This document shows, one piece after another, positions 49,271 to 59,506 of a stretch of 64,000 nt of DNA. The stretch's first letter is position 1, and every line of letters begins with the position of its first letter. The notes under the pieces are model-generated. The model was not told the DNA's origin. It saw nothing but the letters and a program-made list of their open reading frames with translations, and did not search any database. The DNA lies in contig DATGOV010000038.1 of NCBI GenBank assembly GCA_035305585.1, positions 3,744-67,743 on the forward strand. Direction: 5' to 3'. A program made the position numbers and the translations under genes. The stretch comes from Acidimicrobiia bacterium (GTDB taxonomy: Bacteria; Actinomycetota; Acidimicrobiia; Spongiisociales; ZC4RG35).

Positions 49271-51034
49271 TCAGAACAACCCGACGACGTTGCCGTCTTC
49301 GTCGATGTCGACGTTCATGAAGGCCGGCGTGGTTCCCAACCCCGGCATCGTTCGCATCTCGCCGAGGATCGGATAGATGAATCCGGCCCCGACCGAGGCC
49401 CGAACCTCCCGAACGAACACGGTGAACCCCTTCGGGGCTCCCTTGAGGGAGGGATCGTGGGAGATCGACAGATGGGTCTTGGCCATGCAGATCGGCAGAT
49501 AACCGAACCCGGCCTTCTCGAACTGGTCGATCTGGCGGGCCGCTGCCGGCGAGTATTCCACTCCTCCCGCTCCGTATATCTCCCGGCAGATCACCTCGAT
49601 CTTCTCCCGGATGCTCATGTTGAGCGGATAGAGATACGAGAACTCGTTCGGCTCCTCACACCCTTTCACGACCGCCTCGGCCAAGGCCGCGGCTCCTTCG
49701 CCGCCCTTCGCCCAGTGGTCCGAGGGAACGGCGTCGACTGCCCCGGCTTTGAGTGCCGCCTCCCGGATCAGGTCGATCTCCGCCCAGGTGTCGGTCGGGA
49801 ACGAGTTGATCGCCACCACGACCGGAACCCCGAAGCGCTTGGCGTTGGCGATGTGCGCTTCGAGATTGGGCATGCCGGCCTGGAGAAGCGACAGGTTCTC
49901 TTCGGTGTACGCCTTGTCGAGGGGACGGCCCAGGACCACCTTGGGGCCGCCGCCGTGGGTCTTCAACGCCCGCACGGTCGCCACCAGGACCACCAGGTCG
50001 GGTTTGAGGCCAGAAGTGCGGCACTTGATGTCCATGAACTTCTCCATGCCCATGTCCGCCCCGAAACCGGCTTCGGTGATCACGTAGTCGCCGAGGTGGA
50101 GAGCGATGCGGTCGGCGAGGATCGACGAGTTGCCGTGGGCGATGTTCCCGAACGGCCCGGCATGAACGAACGCCGCCTGGCCCTCGAGGGTCTGCATCAG
50201 ATTGGGGTGGAGGGTGTCCTTCATGAGGACGGCGACGGCGCCGGCCACTCCCAAGTCCTCCAGGCTCAGAGGTTTCCCGTCTTTCGACGTGCCGAACACG
50301 ACTCGCCCGACTCGCTCCCGCAGGTTGCGCAGCGCCGAGGCGTACGAATCGCCGTCGACGAGGGCGAGGATCGCCATCAACTCCGAGGCGACGGTGATGT
50401 CGAAGCCGGTCTCCCGCGGGCGACCGTCGGCCTTGCCGCCGAGCCCGACGACCACATTGCGCAGCGCCCGGTCGTTGATGTCGACGACCCGGTTCCATTG
50501 GAGGTTGAAGACGTCGATGTTGAGGCGCTCCAGCCCGACCTGAGCCAGCTCGTCGTCGCTCAGCCGGGTCTCGTGGTACCAGCGGGCGTCGATGGCGGCT
50601 GCCACCAGGTTGTGAGCGGCGGTGATGGCGTGGATGTCACCGGTGAGGTGGAGGTTGAACTCGTCCATCGGCACCACCTGGCTGTATCCCCCGCCGGCGG
50701 CGCCGCCTTTGATGCCGAACGTCGGGCCCATCGACGGCTGCCGTATGCAGGCGATCGCCTCTTTTCCGATGTAGCCCAGCCCCTGCGTCAAGCCGACCGT
50801 CGTCGTGGTCTTGCCTTCCCCGAGTGGCGTGGGCGTGATCGCCGTCACCACCACGTACTTGCCGCGGGGCCGCACCCCGATGCGCTCGAGGGCGTCGAGG
50901 TGCACTTTGGCCTTGGTGTGGCCGTAGGGGATGAGCTCGTCCGATCGGAGACCGATACGTTCGGCGATCTCGGCCAGGGGTCGCAGCTGGGCCGCACGAG
51001 CGATGTCGATGTCGCTGGGAACTCGGGTTCCCAT
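49271..51034 (-). CDS. fhs: Formate--tetrahydrofolate ligase
   Basis: [59 protein letters not shown]. Confidence 0.96.
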   Translation of the reverse strand: MGTRVPSDIDIARAAQLRPLAEIAERIGLRSDELIPYGHTKAKVHLDALERIGVRPRGKYVVVTAITPTPLGEGKTTTTVGLTQGLGYIGKEAIACIRQPSMGPTFGIKGGAAGGGYSQVVPMDEFNLHLTGDIHAITAAHNLVAAAIDARWYHETRLSDDELAQVGLERLNIDVFNLQWNRVVDINDRALRNVVVGLGGKADGRPRETGFDITVASELMAILALVDGDSYASALRNLRERVGRVVFGTSKDGKPLSLEDLGVAGAVAVLMKDTLHPNLMQTLEGQAAFVHAGPFGNIAHGNSSILADRIALHLGDYVITEAGFGADMGMEKFMDIKCRTSGLKPDLVVLVATVRALKTHGGGPKVVLGRPLDKAYTEENLSLLQAGMPNLEAHIANAKRFGVPVVVAINSFPTDTWAEIDLIREAALKAGAVDAVPSDHWAKGGEGAAALAEAVVKGCEEPNEFSYLYPLNMSIREKIEVICREIYGAGGVEYSPAAARQIDQFEKAGFGYLPICMAKTHLSISHDPSLKGAPKGFTVFVREVRASVGAGFIYPILGEMRTMPGLGTTPAFMNVDIDEDGNVVGLF

Positions 51035-51118
51035 CGGGGATCCTCCTGTAGACGTGCGCGCCGAACCGTAGCGACTCGGTGATTCTGCCGCCCACCACCT
51101 CTGGCAGAATCCGCTCCC

Positions 51119-52798
51119 ATGAAACAGGTGGACTTCGTGGTGGTCGGCGGATCACCGGCTGGCGTCTCGCTGGCCATGGATGCGGCAGAGGCTGGGCTGG
51201 AGAAGGTGGTCGTCGTCGACCCCGAGTCGGAGTTGGCGGCTCCGCCGGAGTCCCATCCGGATCTCGAGATCATCCGCGGCTCGCCGGAGGTGACGGAGGC
51301 AGAGGGTCGAGCCCGTGTGGTGGTCGACGGTGAGGAGCTCTCGGCACGAGCCGCGGCGGTCATCGAAGACGAGCCTTTGCACTTGCCTCAGCTGCCCGCG
51401 CCCGACGACGTCGCTGACCGCGTGCACGTCGACGAGACCCTGCCCGAGCACCCCTGGGGGGAGCACGTCCTCGTGGTCGGTGGATCCGAGAAGGCGGCCC
51501 GCATCGCCCTCGAGCTCTCCGACAAGGGCGCCAATGTGGTCCTCGCCCGTGCCAACGCCTCGTCGCGCCGTCTGTCCCGGCTGACGCGGAGCGCCGTGCT
51601 GCTGCGCGAGGCCGAGCGTCGGTTGACCATCCTATGGCACTCCCGCCCGTTGGCCATCACGTCGATCGAAGGCGAGCCGATGGTCACGTTCGACGACGTC
51701 CGCACGCCCGACCTGGTCTTCGACGACGTCGTGCTGGTCGACGACGCGTCTGTGGACGAGCCCGCCTCGGGAGGACCGATCTGGCGGGTGAGCGATGTGG
51801 CCCTTCCACCCGGTCAGGCGTGGGCGGCCATCCGGTCCGAGTCGTTCCCGGAGATTCCCGCCCCGCCGGCGTTGCCGGCGATCGGAACCGACGACGAGCG
51901 CATAGAGGAGCTGCGCCGTCGGCACTACAACGCCACCATCACTCACTTCCACCGCACCCACTCGGATCTCTGGGTGATCCGGGTCGAGCCCGACCACGCC
52001 GACTTCTCGTACCAGGCAGGCCAGTACGCCTCGTTGGGTCTCGGCTACTGGGAGCCCCGCGTCGACGGAGCTCGCGATCCGGATCTGGAGCGGAAGTGGG
52101 AGAACCTCGTCCGCCGGTCGTACTCGATCTCGAGCCCGATCTTCGACGAGGATGGATACCTCCATGACCCGGCGACGTCGTCGACCCTCGAGTTCTACAT
52201 CGTGCTGGTCCCTCCCACCGCCGACCACATACCGGGACTCACTCCCCGTTTGGCGCTGTGCGGCCCGGGCGACCGCATCTACGTCGGACCTCGGATCGTC
52301 GGGCGCTACACGCTCGCACCGGTGCGCGATCCGGAGGCGACAGTCGTCTTCCTCGCCACGGGAACCGGAGAGGCTCCCCACAACGCCATGATCACCGAGC
52401 TCCTCCGGAAGGGCCACCATGGGCCGATCGTGTCGGTGGTGTGCGTGAGGTACCGAGCGGACCTCGCCTACCTCGAAACCCACCGCCGGCTCGAGGAGCG
52501 ATTCCCGAACTACCACTACATGCCGCTCGTCACCAGGGAACCGGATGTCGAGAAGCTGTACGTCCAGGACGTCATCAAACGGGATCTACTGGCCGAGCGA
52601 TTCGGCGTGGAGCTGGACCCGGACCTCACCCACGTCTTCTTGTGCGGCAATCCGTCCATGATCGGCCTGCCTCGCTGGGACGGAGACACCCCGATCTTCC
52701 CCGAAGTGGAAGGTGCCTGTCAGCTGCTCACCGAGCGGGGATTCGAGCTCGACCGCCACGGTTTCGTCGGCAACGTCCACACCGAGAAGTACTGGTGA
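51119..52798 (+). CDS. Fusion: degenerate pyridine nucleotide-disulfide reductase-like N-domain plus ferredoxin--NADP+ reductase C-domain
   Basis: N-part VVVGGSPAG and [11 protein letters not shown]; C-part [38 protein letters not shown]-terminal EKYW. Confidence 0.75.
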   Translation: MKQVDFVVVGGSPAGVSLAMDAAEAGLEKVVVVDPESELAAPPESHPDLEIIRGSPEVTEAEGRARVVVDGEELSARAAAVIEDEPLHLPQLPAPDDVADRVHVDETLPEHPWGEHVLVVGGSEKAARIALELSDKGANVVLARANASSRRLSRLTRSAVLLREAERRLTILWHSRPLAITSIEGEPMVTFDDVRTPDLVFDDVVLVDDASVDEPASGGPIWRVSDVALPPGQAWAAIRSESFPEIPAPPALPAIGTDDERIEELRRRHYNATITHFHRTHSDLWVIRVEPDHADFSYQAGQYASLGLGYWEPRVDGARDPDLERKWENLVRRSYSISSPIFDEDGYLHDPATSSTLEFYIVLVPPTADHIPGLTPRLALCGPGDRIYVGPRIVGRYTLAPVRDPEATVVFLATGTGEAPHNAMITELLRKGHHGPIVSVVCVRYRADLAYLETHRRLEERFPNYHYMPLVTREPDVEKLYVQDVIKRDLLAERFGVELDPDLTHVFLCGNPSMIGLPRWDGDTPIFPEVEGACQLLTERGFELDRHGFVGNVHTEKYW

Positions 52799-52816
52799 AC
52801 GGCGGCGACGACTGAT

Positions 52817-53410
52817 TCAGGCTGCTCCCGGAGGACGCGACTCGAGGATTCGATCCACGAGCCCGTACTCGAGGGCTTCGTCGGCGGTCATCCAGAAATC
52901 CCGCTCGGTGTCCTCGGCCACCTTCTCCAATGGCTGGCCGGTGTGGTCGGCGAGGATCTGGTTGATCTGCTCGCGCATCTGAACGATCAGCCGCGCCTCG
53001 ATCTCGATGTCGGCCGCGGTCCCTTCCGCTCCCCCGTGCGGCTGGTGGAGCATCACCCGGGAGTGTGGCATCGCCAGCCGCTTGCCCTCGGCGCCCGCCG
53101 CCAGGAGCACGGCAGCCGAAGATGCCGCTAGCCCGACCACGACAGTGCTCACATCGGGGCGGACGTGTTGCATCGCGTCGTAGATGGCGAACAGCGACGT
53201 GATCGAACCACCCGGCGAGTTGATGTAGAGGTGGATGTCCTTGTCGGTATCGTCGGACTCGAGGTGCAGCAGCTGGGCGACGACCAGATTGGACACGGCA
53301 TCGTCGATCGGCGTGCCCAGGACGATGATCCGCTCCGAGAGCAACCGGGAGTAGATGTCCATCGAGCGGGTGCCACGCGGCGTCTCTTCGATCACCGCCG
53401 GAATGACCAC
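52817..53410 (-). CDS. clpP: ATP-dependent Clp protease proteolytic subunit
   Basis: [31 protein letters not shown] (Ser), MLHQP (His), ERD (Asp); start GTG 53410, alternative ATG 53485. Confidence 0.92.
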   Translation of the reverse strand: MVIPAVIEETPRGTRSMDIYSRLLSERIIVLGTPIDDAVSNLVVAQLLHLESDDTDKDIHLYINSPGGSITSLFAIYDAMQHVRPDVSTVVVGLAASSAAVLLAAGAEGKRLAMPHSRVMLHQPHGGAEGTAADIEIEARLIVQMREQINQILADHTGQPLEKVAEDTERDFWMTADEALEYGLVDRILESRPPGAA

Positions 53411-53552
53411 GCTCGGCGCTCGAGAATTCGGCAGCGCGCTCAAGCCAATCCGCTCCGTTTCCAAAGAGAACGTGGTGTCACTCATCACCCTAAGAGGTGG
53501 CGCCGTCTCTCGGAACGCGACGACCCCACCCGTCGGGGTGGTCCGGTTCCCG

Positions 53553-54632
53553 TCAGTGACGGATCCTCTCGATGACTCGCTCGAACGAGTTGGAGCGGGC
53601 GAGAGGAGGCGCGATCGTGTCATGGGCCCACCGCGCCAGCCTGCCGGGGATGCGGATGAGAGGATCCGGCAGCAGCACTGCTCGGCCGCCGAAACCGAGC
53701 TTGAAGCTCGACAACGTCTGAGACGCCTCCGGGGGTACCTTGCCGGTCTCGAGGAAGGCTGCGGCGACCGACCGGTCGATGTCTTCGAAGTCGTAGATGC
53801 GCACGCCGCGCGAGCGGTAACGGAGCATCGCCTCCCACTGGAGACGCTCGTTCGGGTGCAGGCCACCCGCCAACCCCGACCAGGCGCCTCGCTTGTAGCA
53901 GATGCGGTCTCCGAATCGCACGGTGAGGATCCCTGCGATCGGGCGGTCTTCGAGGACGGCGAGCAGGACCTCGCAGTCCTCCCCCATTTGCCTGCGCATG
54001 GAACGGACCGCCTCGAGGTCCGGAACGAATCCTTGGCGCTGCCCCGTCGCCTCCAACATTCCACAGAACGCTTCGAAGCCCTCCTCGTCGGCCACTCGGA
54101 CCTCGAGTTCGGAGCGGAGGCTGCGCCGGATGTTGTAACGCGTCCCGGACTTCATCCCCGCCAGAAGTTCGTCGGGCTCGGGTGAGAGATCGAGCAGAAC
54201 CGTCGCCCCGACTGACACACGGAGCGGCGTGGGCGAACAACCACGGGCGATCAATGACTCCGCCAAGCCGCTCCCATCTGCGGGTGGCTGGACGAGAAGC
54301 GCTTTGATGCCGTTCCTGCGCATCGCCTCGTCGATGATGTCGATCAACTGCCCGAGCGCCTCGTCGCTCCTCTCCGTGACCACGGGCCCGTGATCGATGT
54401 AACCGAGCCTCCCGAAGCCGGGAACGCGCTTCGATGCGATCTGGGCTCCGGCGACCAGATCACTGCCGTCGGTGATCGCCACGCGGATCATCTCCCAGCC
54501 CTGGTCCGCCTTGACCCTCCCCCAGGCGCTGGACTGAGCGTGATGACCACCGGGAGATGACGCCACGAAGGCATCCCACTCCGAGTCGTGATCGGTGACC
54601 CCGCCCGCCCCCTCGATCTGAGAGAGAAGCAT
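53553..54632 (-). CDS. FemABX-family peptidyl transferase / GNAT
   Basis: [63 protein letters not shown]. Confidence 0.8.
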   Translation of the reverse strand: MLLSQIEGAGGVTDHDSEWDAFVASSPGGHHAQSSAWGRVKADQGWEMIRVAITDGSDLVAGAQIASKRVPGFGRLGYIDHGPVVTERSDEALGQLIDIIDEAMRRNGIKALLVQPPADGSGLAESLIARGCSPTPLRVSVGATVLLDLSPEPDELLAGMKSGTRYNIRRSLRSELEVRVADEEGFEAFCGMLEATGQRQGFVPDLEAVRSMRRQMGEDCEVLLAVLEDRPIAGILTVRFGDRICYKRGAWSGLAGGLHPNERLQWEAMLRYRSRGVRIYDFEDIDRSVAAAFLETGKVPPEASQTLSSFKLGFGGRAVLLPDPLIRIPGRLARWAHDTIAPPLARSNSFERVIERIRH

Positions 54633-54751
54633 GGAGTCAGCGTACGACGCCACGAGCGCATGCATAGAGGGCTTTTCGGACGACCGCCCGGCTATCTCCG
54701 CCGTTTTGCACGACGGGCACGCCACGCCCGGTGAAGGAGGGAACCGAGCCG

Positions 54752-56338
54752 TCAGGCTCGGAGATCGGAGAGGATGCGCTGAGCCGCGAGACGGCCGGGG
54801 GCACCCATCACACACCCACCTGGGTGCGTACCGGAGCCGCATTGGTAGTACCCACCGATGGGCGTGCGGTATTGGCTCCATCCCGGTGCGGGACGGAAGA
54901 AGAACATCTGCGGGGCGAGGAACTCGCCGGCGAAGATGTTGCCTTCGGTGAGCCCCACCACGTTCTCTATGTCCAGGGGTGTGACGACCTCTCGATGGAG
55001 AACCAGGTCGCCGAACCCTGGAAAGAAGCTCTCCAAGGTGGCCTGGACGACGTCCCCCAGATTCTGTCGCTCGGTCTCCCAGTCGCTCTCGCGCAGGTGG
55101 TAAGGCGTGTACTGCACGAAACACGACATCACGTGCTTGCCGGGAGGAGCCATGTCCGGGTCGATGGTGGACTGCACGGCGCAATCGATGAACGGCCGTG
55201 ACGAGTACCACCCGTACTTGCCCTCGTCGAAGGCCCGCTCGAGATAGTCCATCGAGGGTGCGATGTTCGTGAAACCTCTCAGGTAGTCCCCGGGACCGAG
55301 GGCCGGGAACACCGGAAGGCCGTCGAGAGCGAAGTTCACCTTGGACGACACGCCCTGGAACTTCATGCGGGTCACCGCCTCCACGAGGTCCGACGGCAGC
55401 TCCCTCGGGTCGACCAACTGGAAGAAGGTACGCCGAGGGTCGAGCGCCGATACGACGACGTCGGAATAGAACTCGGTGCCGTCTTCGAGGGCGACGCCGC
55501 GGACACGCCCGCCGTCGATGATCACGGAAGCCACCGGGGAATCGAGACGGATCTCCGCTCCGAACGATTCTGCCGCTCGGGCCAGTACCTGGGTGAAACC
55601 TCCGTTCCCTCCCTTGTGGAAGGCCCAGGCGCCGAAAGACCCGTCGGTTTCCCCGATCACGTGATAGAGCAGGACCAGGCCGGAGCCTTGGGACCGTGGG
55701 CCGACCTTTGAGCCGATCGTTCCCGAGCTGGCGAGGTACCCCTTGAGCAGTTCGTTCTCGAAGTAGTGGTCCAAGAAGTCGGCGGCGCTTCCGGTGAGGA
55801 GCCGGATGGCGTTGTGGAACACCCGCTTGTCGAGGCTGCGCATGTGGGCGGCGAGTGCGGCGAGCCGGGCTGCTTCCTCGGGATCGTCAGAGAACGGATC
55901 GGGCGGCATCTCGTCGAGGAGCGGCTTGATGGCCTGGCAGACCTCGGCGATGTCGTGCTTGTACTGCTTGTAGGCGTCGGCGTCGTGCGGCGAGAGCCGG
56001 GCGATCTCCCGCATGTTCTCGCCTTCGTACTGGCCGAGAAGCAAGTGGGTGCCGTCCTCGTCGGGGGCGAAGCTGGTGGGCATCGACAGCGGCTTGAAGC
56101 CGTGTTTGGGCAGTTCCAGCTCGTGGATGATCTGGGGCCGGAGGAGGCTGAGGGCGTAGGAGAAGGTGGTGAACTTGAACCCGGGGTACAGCTCTTCGGT
56201 GATGGCGGCCCCGCCGACGAGGTGGCGCTTCTCGAGGATCAGCGTCCGCAGACCGGCCTTGGCCAGGTAGGCACCGTTGACCAGTCCGTTGTGGCCACCC
56301 CCCACCACGATGGCGTCGTAACGATTGGCGTCGCTCAT
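54752..56338 (-). CDS. FAD-dependent oxidoreductase, phytoene dehydrogenase-like
   Basis: DAIVVGGGHNGLVNGAYLAKAG, GGAAITEE, GNIFAGE, GSGTHPGGCVMGAPG. Confidence 0.88.
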   Translation of the reverse strand: MSDANRYDAIVVGGGHNGLVNGAYLAKAGLRTLILEKRHLVGGAAITEELYPGFKFTTFSYALSLLRPQIIHELELPKHGFKPLSMPTSFAPDEDGTHLLLGQYEGENMREIARLSPHDADAYKQYKHDIAEVCQAIKPLLDEMPPDPFSDDPEEAARLAALAAHMRSLDKRVFHNAIRLLTGSAADFLDHYFENELLKGYLASSGTIGSKVGPRSQGSGLVLLYHVIGETDGSFGAWAFHKGGNGGFTQVLARAAESFGAEIRLDSPVASVIIDGGRVRGVALEDGTEFYSDVVVSALDPRRTFFQLVDPRELPSDLVEAVTRMKFQGVSSKVNFALDGLPVFPALGPGDYLRGFTNIAPSMDYLERAFDEGKYGWYSSRPFIDCAVQSTIDPDMAPPGKHVMSCFVQYTPYHLRESDWETERQNLGDVVQATLESFFPGFGDLVLHREVVTPLDIENVVGLTEGNIFAGEFLAPQMFFFRPAPGWSQYRTPIGGYYQCGSGTHPGGCVMGAPGRLAAQRILSDLRA

Positions 56339-57543
56339 ACGGTCACCTCTGCAGTCTTGTGGGGCGGGTCGTAGAACGGCACCTTCGTGACCTCGGCCTC
56401 CACGATGGCGTAGTCGTGGTCGATCGTCGTCTCGAGCCGGAGCCGGGCTCCGGGCCTCGCCAGGTCCGGCCGGACCCGGGCGAGGGCGATGTGACGCTGG
56501 AGCAGCGGCGAGTACATCATGCTCGAGACCCAGCCGACCTTGGTCTCCTCCGAGTCGTAGACCATGTGCTCGGAGTGGTCCGGTCGGTGGTCTTTCGGCG
56601 GGATCAGCCCGGCGGCGTCGTGGCGGGCTTCCCAGTCCCGCCAGTCGATCACCAGGCCGGTGACGACCCAGCGCGCCGTCTTCCCATCTCGATGGCGACG
56701 CAAGGCGTCACGTCCGATGAACGGGCGGTCGTCTCCCAGGTCGCCGAGCATCCACCCGAGGCCGAGCTCGATGGGAGTCACCCTGTCGGTGTCCGTCCAT
56801 GCGAACCGGGCCGAGGTGTAGTCCACGTCGATGAGGATCAGGCCGGCCTCGATCCGGGCCATGAGAATCGCTTGCTGACCGACGGGCACCACGCCATGAC
56901 CTTCCGCCGCCTCCACCACCGCATCCCACAGCCGTACCGCGTCGTCGGCGCCGACCCACAGCTCGTAGCCGAGGTCGCCGGTGAAGCCGGTCCGGGACAC
57001 GACGACCGGCACGTCGGCGATCTGTGCCTTCCCGACCCCAAAGTACGGCAACGCCCGCACCTCCGGCGCCAGCGCCGAGAGGATCCGCCCGGAACGAGGG
57101 CCCTGGATCGCCAGCCCCGCCACGGCCGCGGATTCGTCGACGATCTCCACTTCGAGGCCGAGGGCGAGATGGGAGAAGTAGGCGAGGTTCGGCCGGGCGG
57201 CGGTGAGGATGAATTCGTCGGACGAGAGCCGAAGGACGACCCCGTCTTCGATCACGTACCCGTCGCCGTCGCACCAGATCGTGTACTGGGCGAGACCTGG
57301 GGCACAAGGACGTATGTCACGGGCGAGCACACCGGCGAGGAAGCGCTCGGCGTCTCGACCGCGGATGCGGTACTTGTACAGCGGCGAGGTGTCGAAGATC
57401 CCGGCAGAGTTGCGGATGACCCAGTACTCCGCCTTCTCGGACGTCTGGTAGCGCTCAGCCGCCAGGTACCCCTGCCAATGGCTCCAGAGGCCGGTCCGGT
57501 TGGCGGATTCGGTTCGAGGATGGAAGGGCGTGGTGAGGATCAT
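56335..57543 (-). CDS. Aminomethyltransferase (GcvT-like) family protein
   Basis: GIFDTSPLYKY, YTIWC, IEDG, IQGPRS, SRTGFTGDLGYE, ARIEAG, VPFYDP. Confidence 0.88.
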   Translation of the reverse strand: MILTTPFHPRTESANRTGLWSHWQGYLAAERYQTSEKAEYWVIRNSAGIFDTSPLYKYRIRGRDAERFLAGVLARDIRPCAPGLAQYTIWCDGDGYVIEDGVVLRLSSDEFILTAARPNLAYFSHLALGLEVEIVDESAAVAGLAIQGPRSGRILSALAPEVRALPYFGVGKAQIADVPVVVSRTGFTGDLGYELWVGADDAVRLWDAVVEAAEGHGVVPVGQQAILMARIEAGLILIDVDYTSARFAWTDTDRVTPIELGLGWMLGDLGDDRPFIGRDALRRHRDGKTARWVVTGLVIDWRDWEARHDAAGLIPPKDHRPDHSEHMVYDSEETKVGWVSSMMYSPLLQRHIALARVRPDLARPGARLRLETTIDHDYAIVEAEVTKVPFYDPPHKTAEVTV

Positions 57544-57570
57544 GACTCTCGGAGCCGGAGCCCCGGCAGC

Positions 57571-58077
57571 TCACGGGTAGTACTCGTCGGATCGGTACGG
57601 GACTGCCTGCTGGAAGTGCTCGATGTCGACCTGGATGAAGAGGCTCCGCACCTCGACGCAGCGGGTGCCGTCGGGCAGGTAGCCGGCCGCCTCGGCGTAC
57701 AGCTTGCGGTCCTGCACGCCGGTCAGCCACGCCTCGCCCTTGACCGTCACGCCGATGGGGATGGGTGACAGGTAGTCGACGTGGAGGTTGCCGGTCACCG
57801 CCGGCTTCTGGTGGGCCATAGCCACGAAACCGATCAGGTCGTCGAAGAACGCCGCCGTGGCGCCACCATGGACCAGGCCCGGGCCACCCTCGAACCTCTT
57901 CTCGAACACCAGCTCGGCCACGACCTTGTCCCCCTCGATACGAGGCTCGACCCCCAACCGATCGGGGTTCTCCGACCCGCACCCGAAGCAGGTCGGCATG
58001 TGCTCCTTGGGCATCGACTCCGCCCACTCCCGGTCGGCGATGGGGACGATCGTCCCCGTCAGGTACTTGAACGCCAC
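57571..58077 (-). CDS. PaaI-family (hotdog) thioesterase
   Basis: CFGCGSENPDRLG, EGGPGLVHGG..AA.FDD, VTGNLHVDY.SP. Confidence 0.85.
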   Translation of the reverse strand: MAFKYLTGTIVPIADREWAESMPKEHMPTCFGCGSENPDRLGVEPRIEGDKVVAELVFEKRFEGGPGLVHGGATAAFFDDLIGFVAMAHQKPAVTGNLHVDYLSPIPIGVTVKGEAWLTGVQDRKLYAEAAGYLPDGTRCVEVRSLFIQVDIEHFQQAVPYRSDEYYP

Positions 58078-58084
58078 TATCGGC

Positions 58085-58526
58085 TCAGTGGTCGATAGAG
58101 CTCGTCACCGGCCTCGGCGACCGCGGTCCTCCCAGGCGGCCGTTCGTGGGAGAGCGCCTCCAGCCACCGCTCGCGACGGGCATCCAGTTCCTCGGAGCGC
58201 TTCTCCCCCAGGCCCACCAGCTCGAGGGCGACGTCGAGGTCGTGGCGGGTCGGCGCCCGGCCGAAGTGGGAGGCACGGGCCCCCATGAGGGCCGCCAGCA
58301 CGGTCCGCAGACGCGCATCGTCCTCGGCCACCCCGGCCTGGCTGATGATTCGAAGGGCGAATCCTGTGTCGGGGCCGGGCGTGCCGAACCAGGGGCTCTC
58401 CGGCATGTCGTCCGGGTCGAGGATCACACCGGGGCGGCGGGTCTTCTGGCGGCGGGCGGGCGACGGCTCCAGCACCGGCGCCGGCAGGTCCCAGGGCGAG
58501 ATCTCGACGTTGGGCTGTTGAGCCAT
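58085..58526 (-). CDS. Hypothetical protein
   Basis: Fills the gap between ilvE and the thioesterase on the same strand; GTPGPDTGFAL and RASHFGRAP motifs; overlaps ORF-track 58077..58526. Confidence 0.6.
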
Positions 58527-58543
58527 TCCGTTCTCCTTGTCGG

Positions 58544-59458
58544 TCAGATGAAGTCGAGCCAGTGACGCCGCGACTCGAGCTTGCCGCTGACGGCGTCCGA
58601 GTAGAGGGACTGCGCTTGCCGCGTCACCGGGCCTGGCTTGCCGCTGCCGATCGCACGGTCGTCCACCTCGCGGATCGGGGTCACCTCGGCAGCGGTGCCC
58701 GTCAGGAACAACTCGTCGGCGGCGTACAGATCGCCCCGAGTCAGGTTCGCTTCGCGGACCTCGATCCCTTCGTCGCGTAGTAGGTCGATCACCGACGTCC
58801 GGGTGATGCCGTCGAGGATGCCGGCCGACACCGGTGGCGTGAGTACGACTCCGTCGCGGACCAAGAACAGGTTCTCGCCCGACCCTTCCGAGACGTTCCC
58901 GTCCGAGTTCAGCATCAGAGCCTCGTCGTAGCCGGTGGCGACAGCCTCTTGCTTGGCGAGCACGCTGTTGAGGTACTGGCCGCTGCCCTTGGCGGTGGGG
59001 ATGAAGCTCTCACCGCTGATCCGCCGCCACGAGGAGATACGCACCCGGATGCCGTTGCGGATGCCTTCCTCACCCAGGTAGGCACCCCATTCCCAGGCGG
59101 CGATACCGGTGCGTACGCGAGCGGCGGCAGGGTTGAGGCCGATAGCTCCGGTCTCGTAGAAGACGAGCGGGCGGATGTACCCGGTGTCGAGGCCGTTCTC
59201 GCGCAGGACCCGTCGGCAAGCTTCCACGATCGTGTCTACGTCGTAGTCCCACGAAATGCCGTAGGCCCGGGCGGAGCGCCCCAGCCGCTCGATGTGCTCG
59301 CGCAGACGGAAGATGGCGGTCCCGTCCGGAGTCTGGTATGCCCGGATCCCCTCGAACACGGCCGTTCCGTAGTGGAGGGCGTGAGTGAGGAAGGGGACCT
59401 GAGCTTCGCCCCGGGGGACCATCTCGCCGTCCATCCAGATGGCGGTGGCTTTCTCCAT
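58544..59458 (-). CDS. ilvE: Branched-chain amino acid transaminase
   Basis: HALHYGTAVFEGIRAY, GYIRP, AKGSGQY, EGSGENLF, ILDGITR, ADELFLTGTAAEVTP. Confidence 0.95.
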   Translation of the reverse strand: MEKATAIWMDGEMVPRGEAQVPFLTHALHYGTAVFEGIRAYQTPDGTAIFRLREHIERLGRSARAYGISWDYDVDTIVEACRRVLRENGLDTGYIRPLVFYETGAIGLNPAAARVRTGIAAWEWGAYLGEEGIRNGIRVRISSWRRISGESFIPTAKGSGQYLNSVLAKQEAVATGYDEALMLNSDGNVSEGSGENLFLVRDGVVLTPPVSAGILDGITRTSVIDLLRDEGIEVREANLTRGDLYAADELFLTGTAAEVTPIREVDDRAIGSGKPGPVTRQAQSLYSDAVSGKLESRRHWLDFI

Positions 59459-59506
59459 TCCCGCATTCTGGCACACCGCTCGGCGCCCGAGACAGCCGAG
59501 GTCGGG

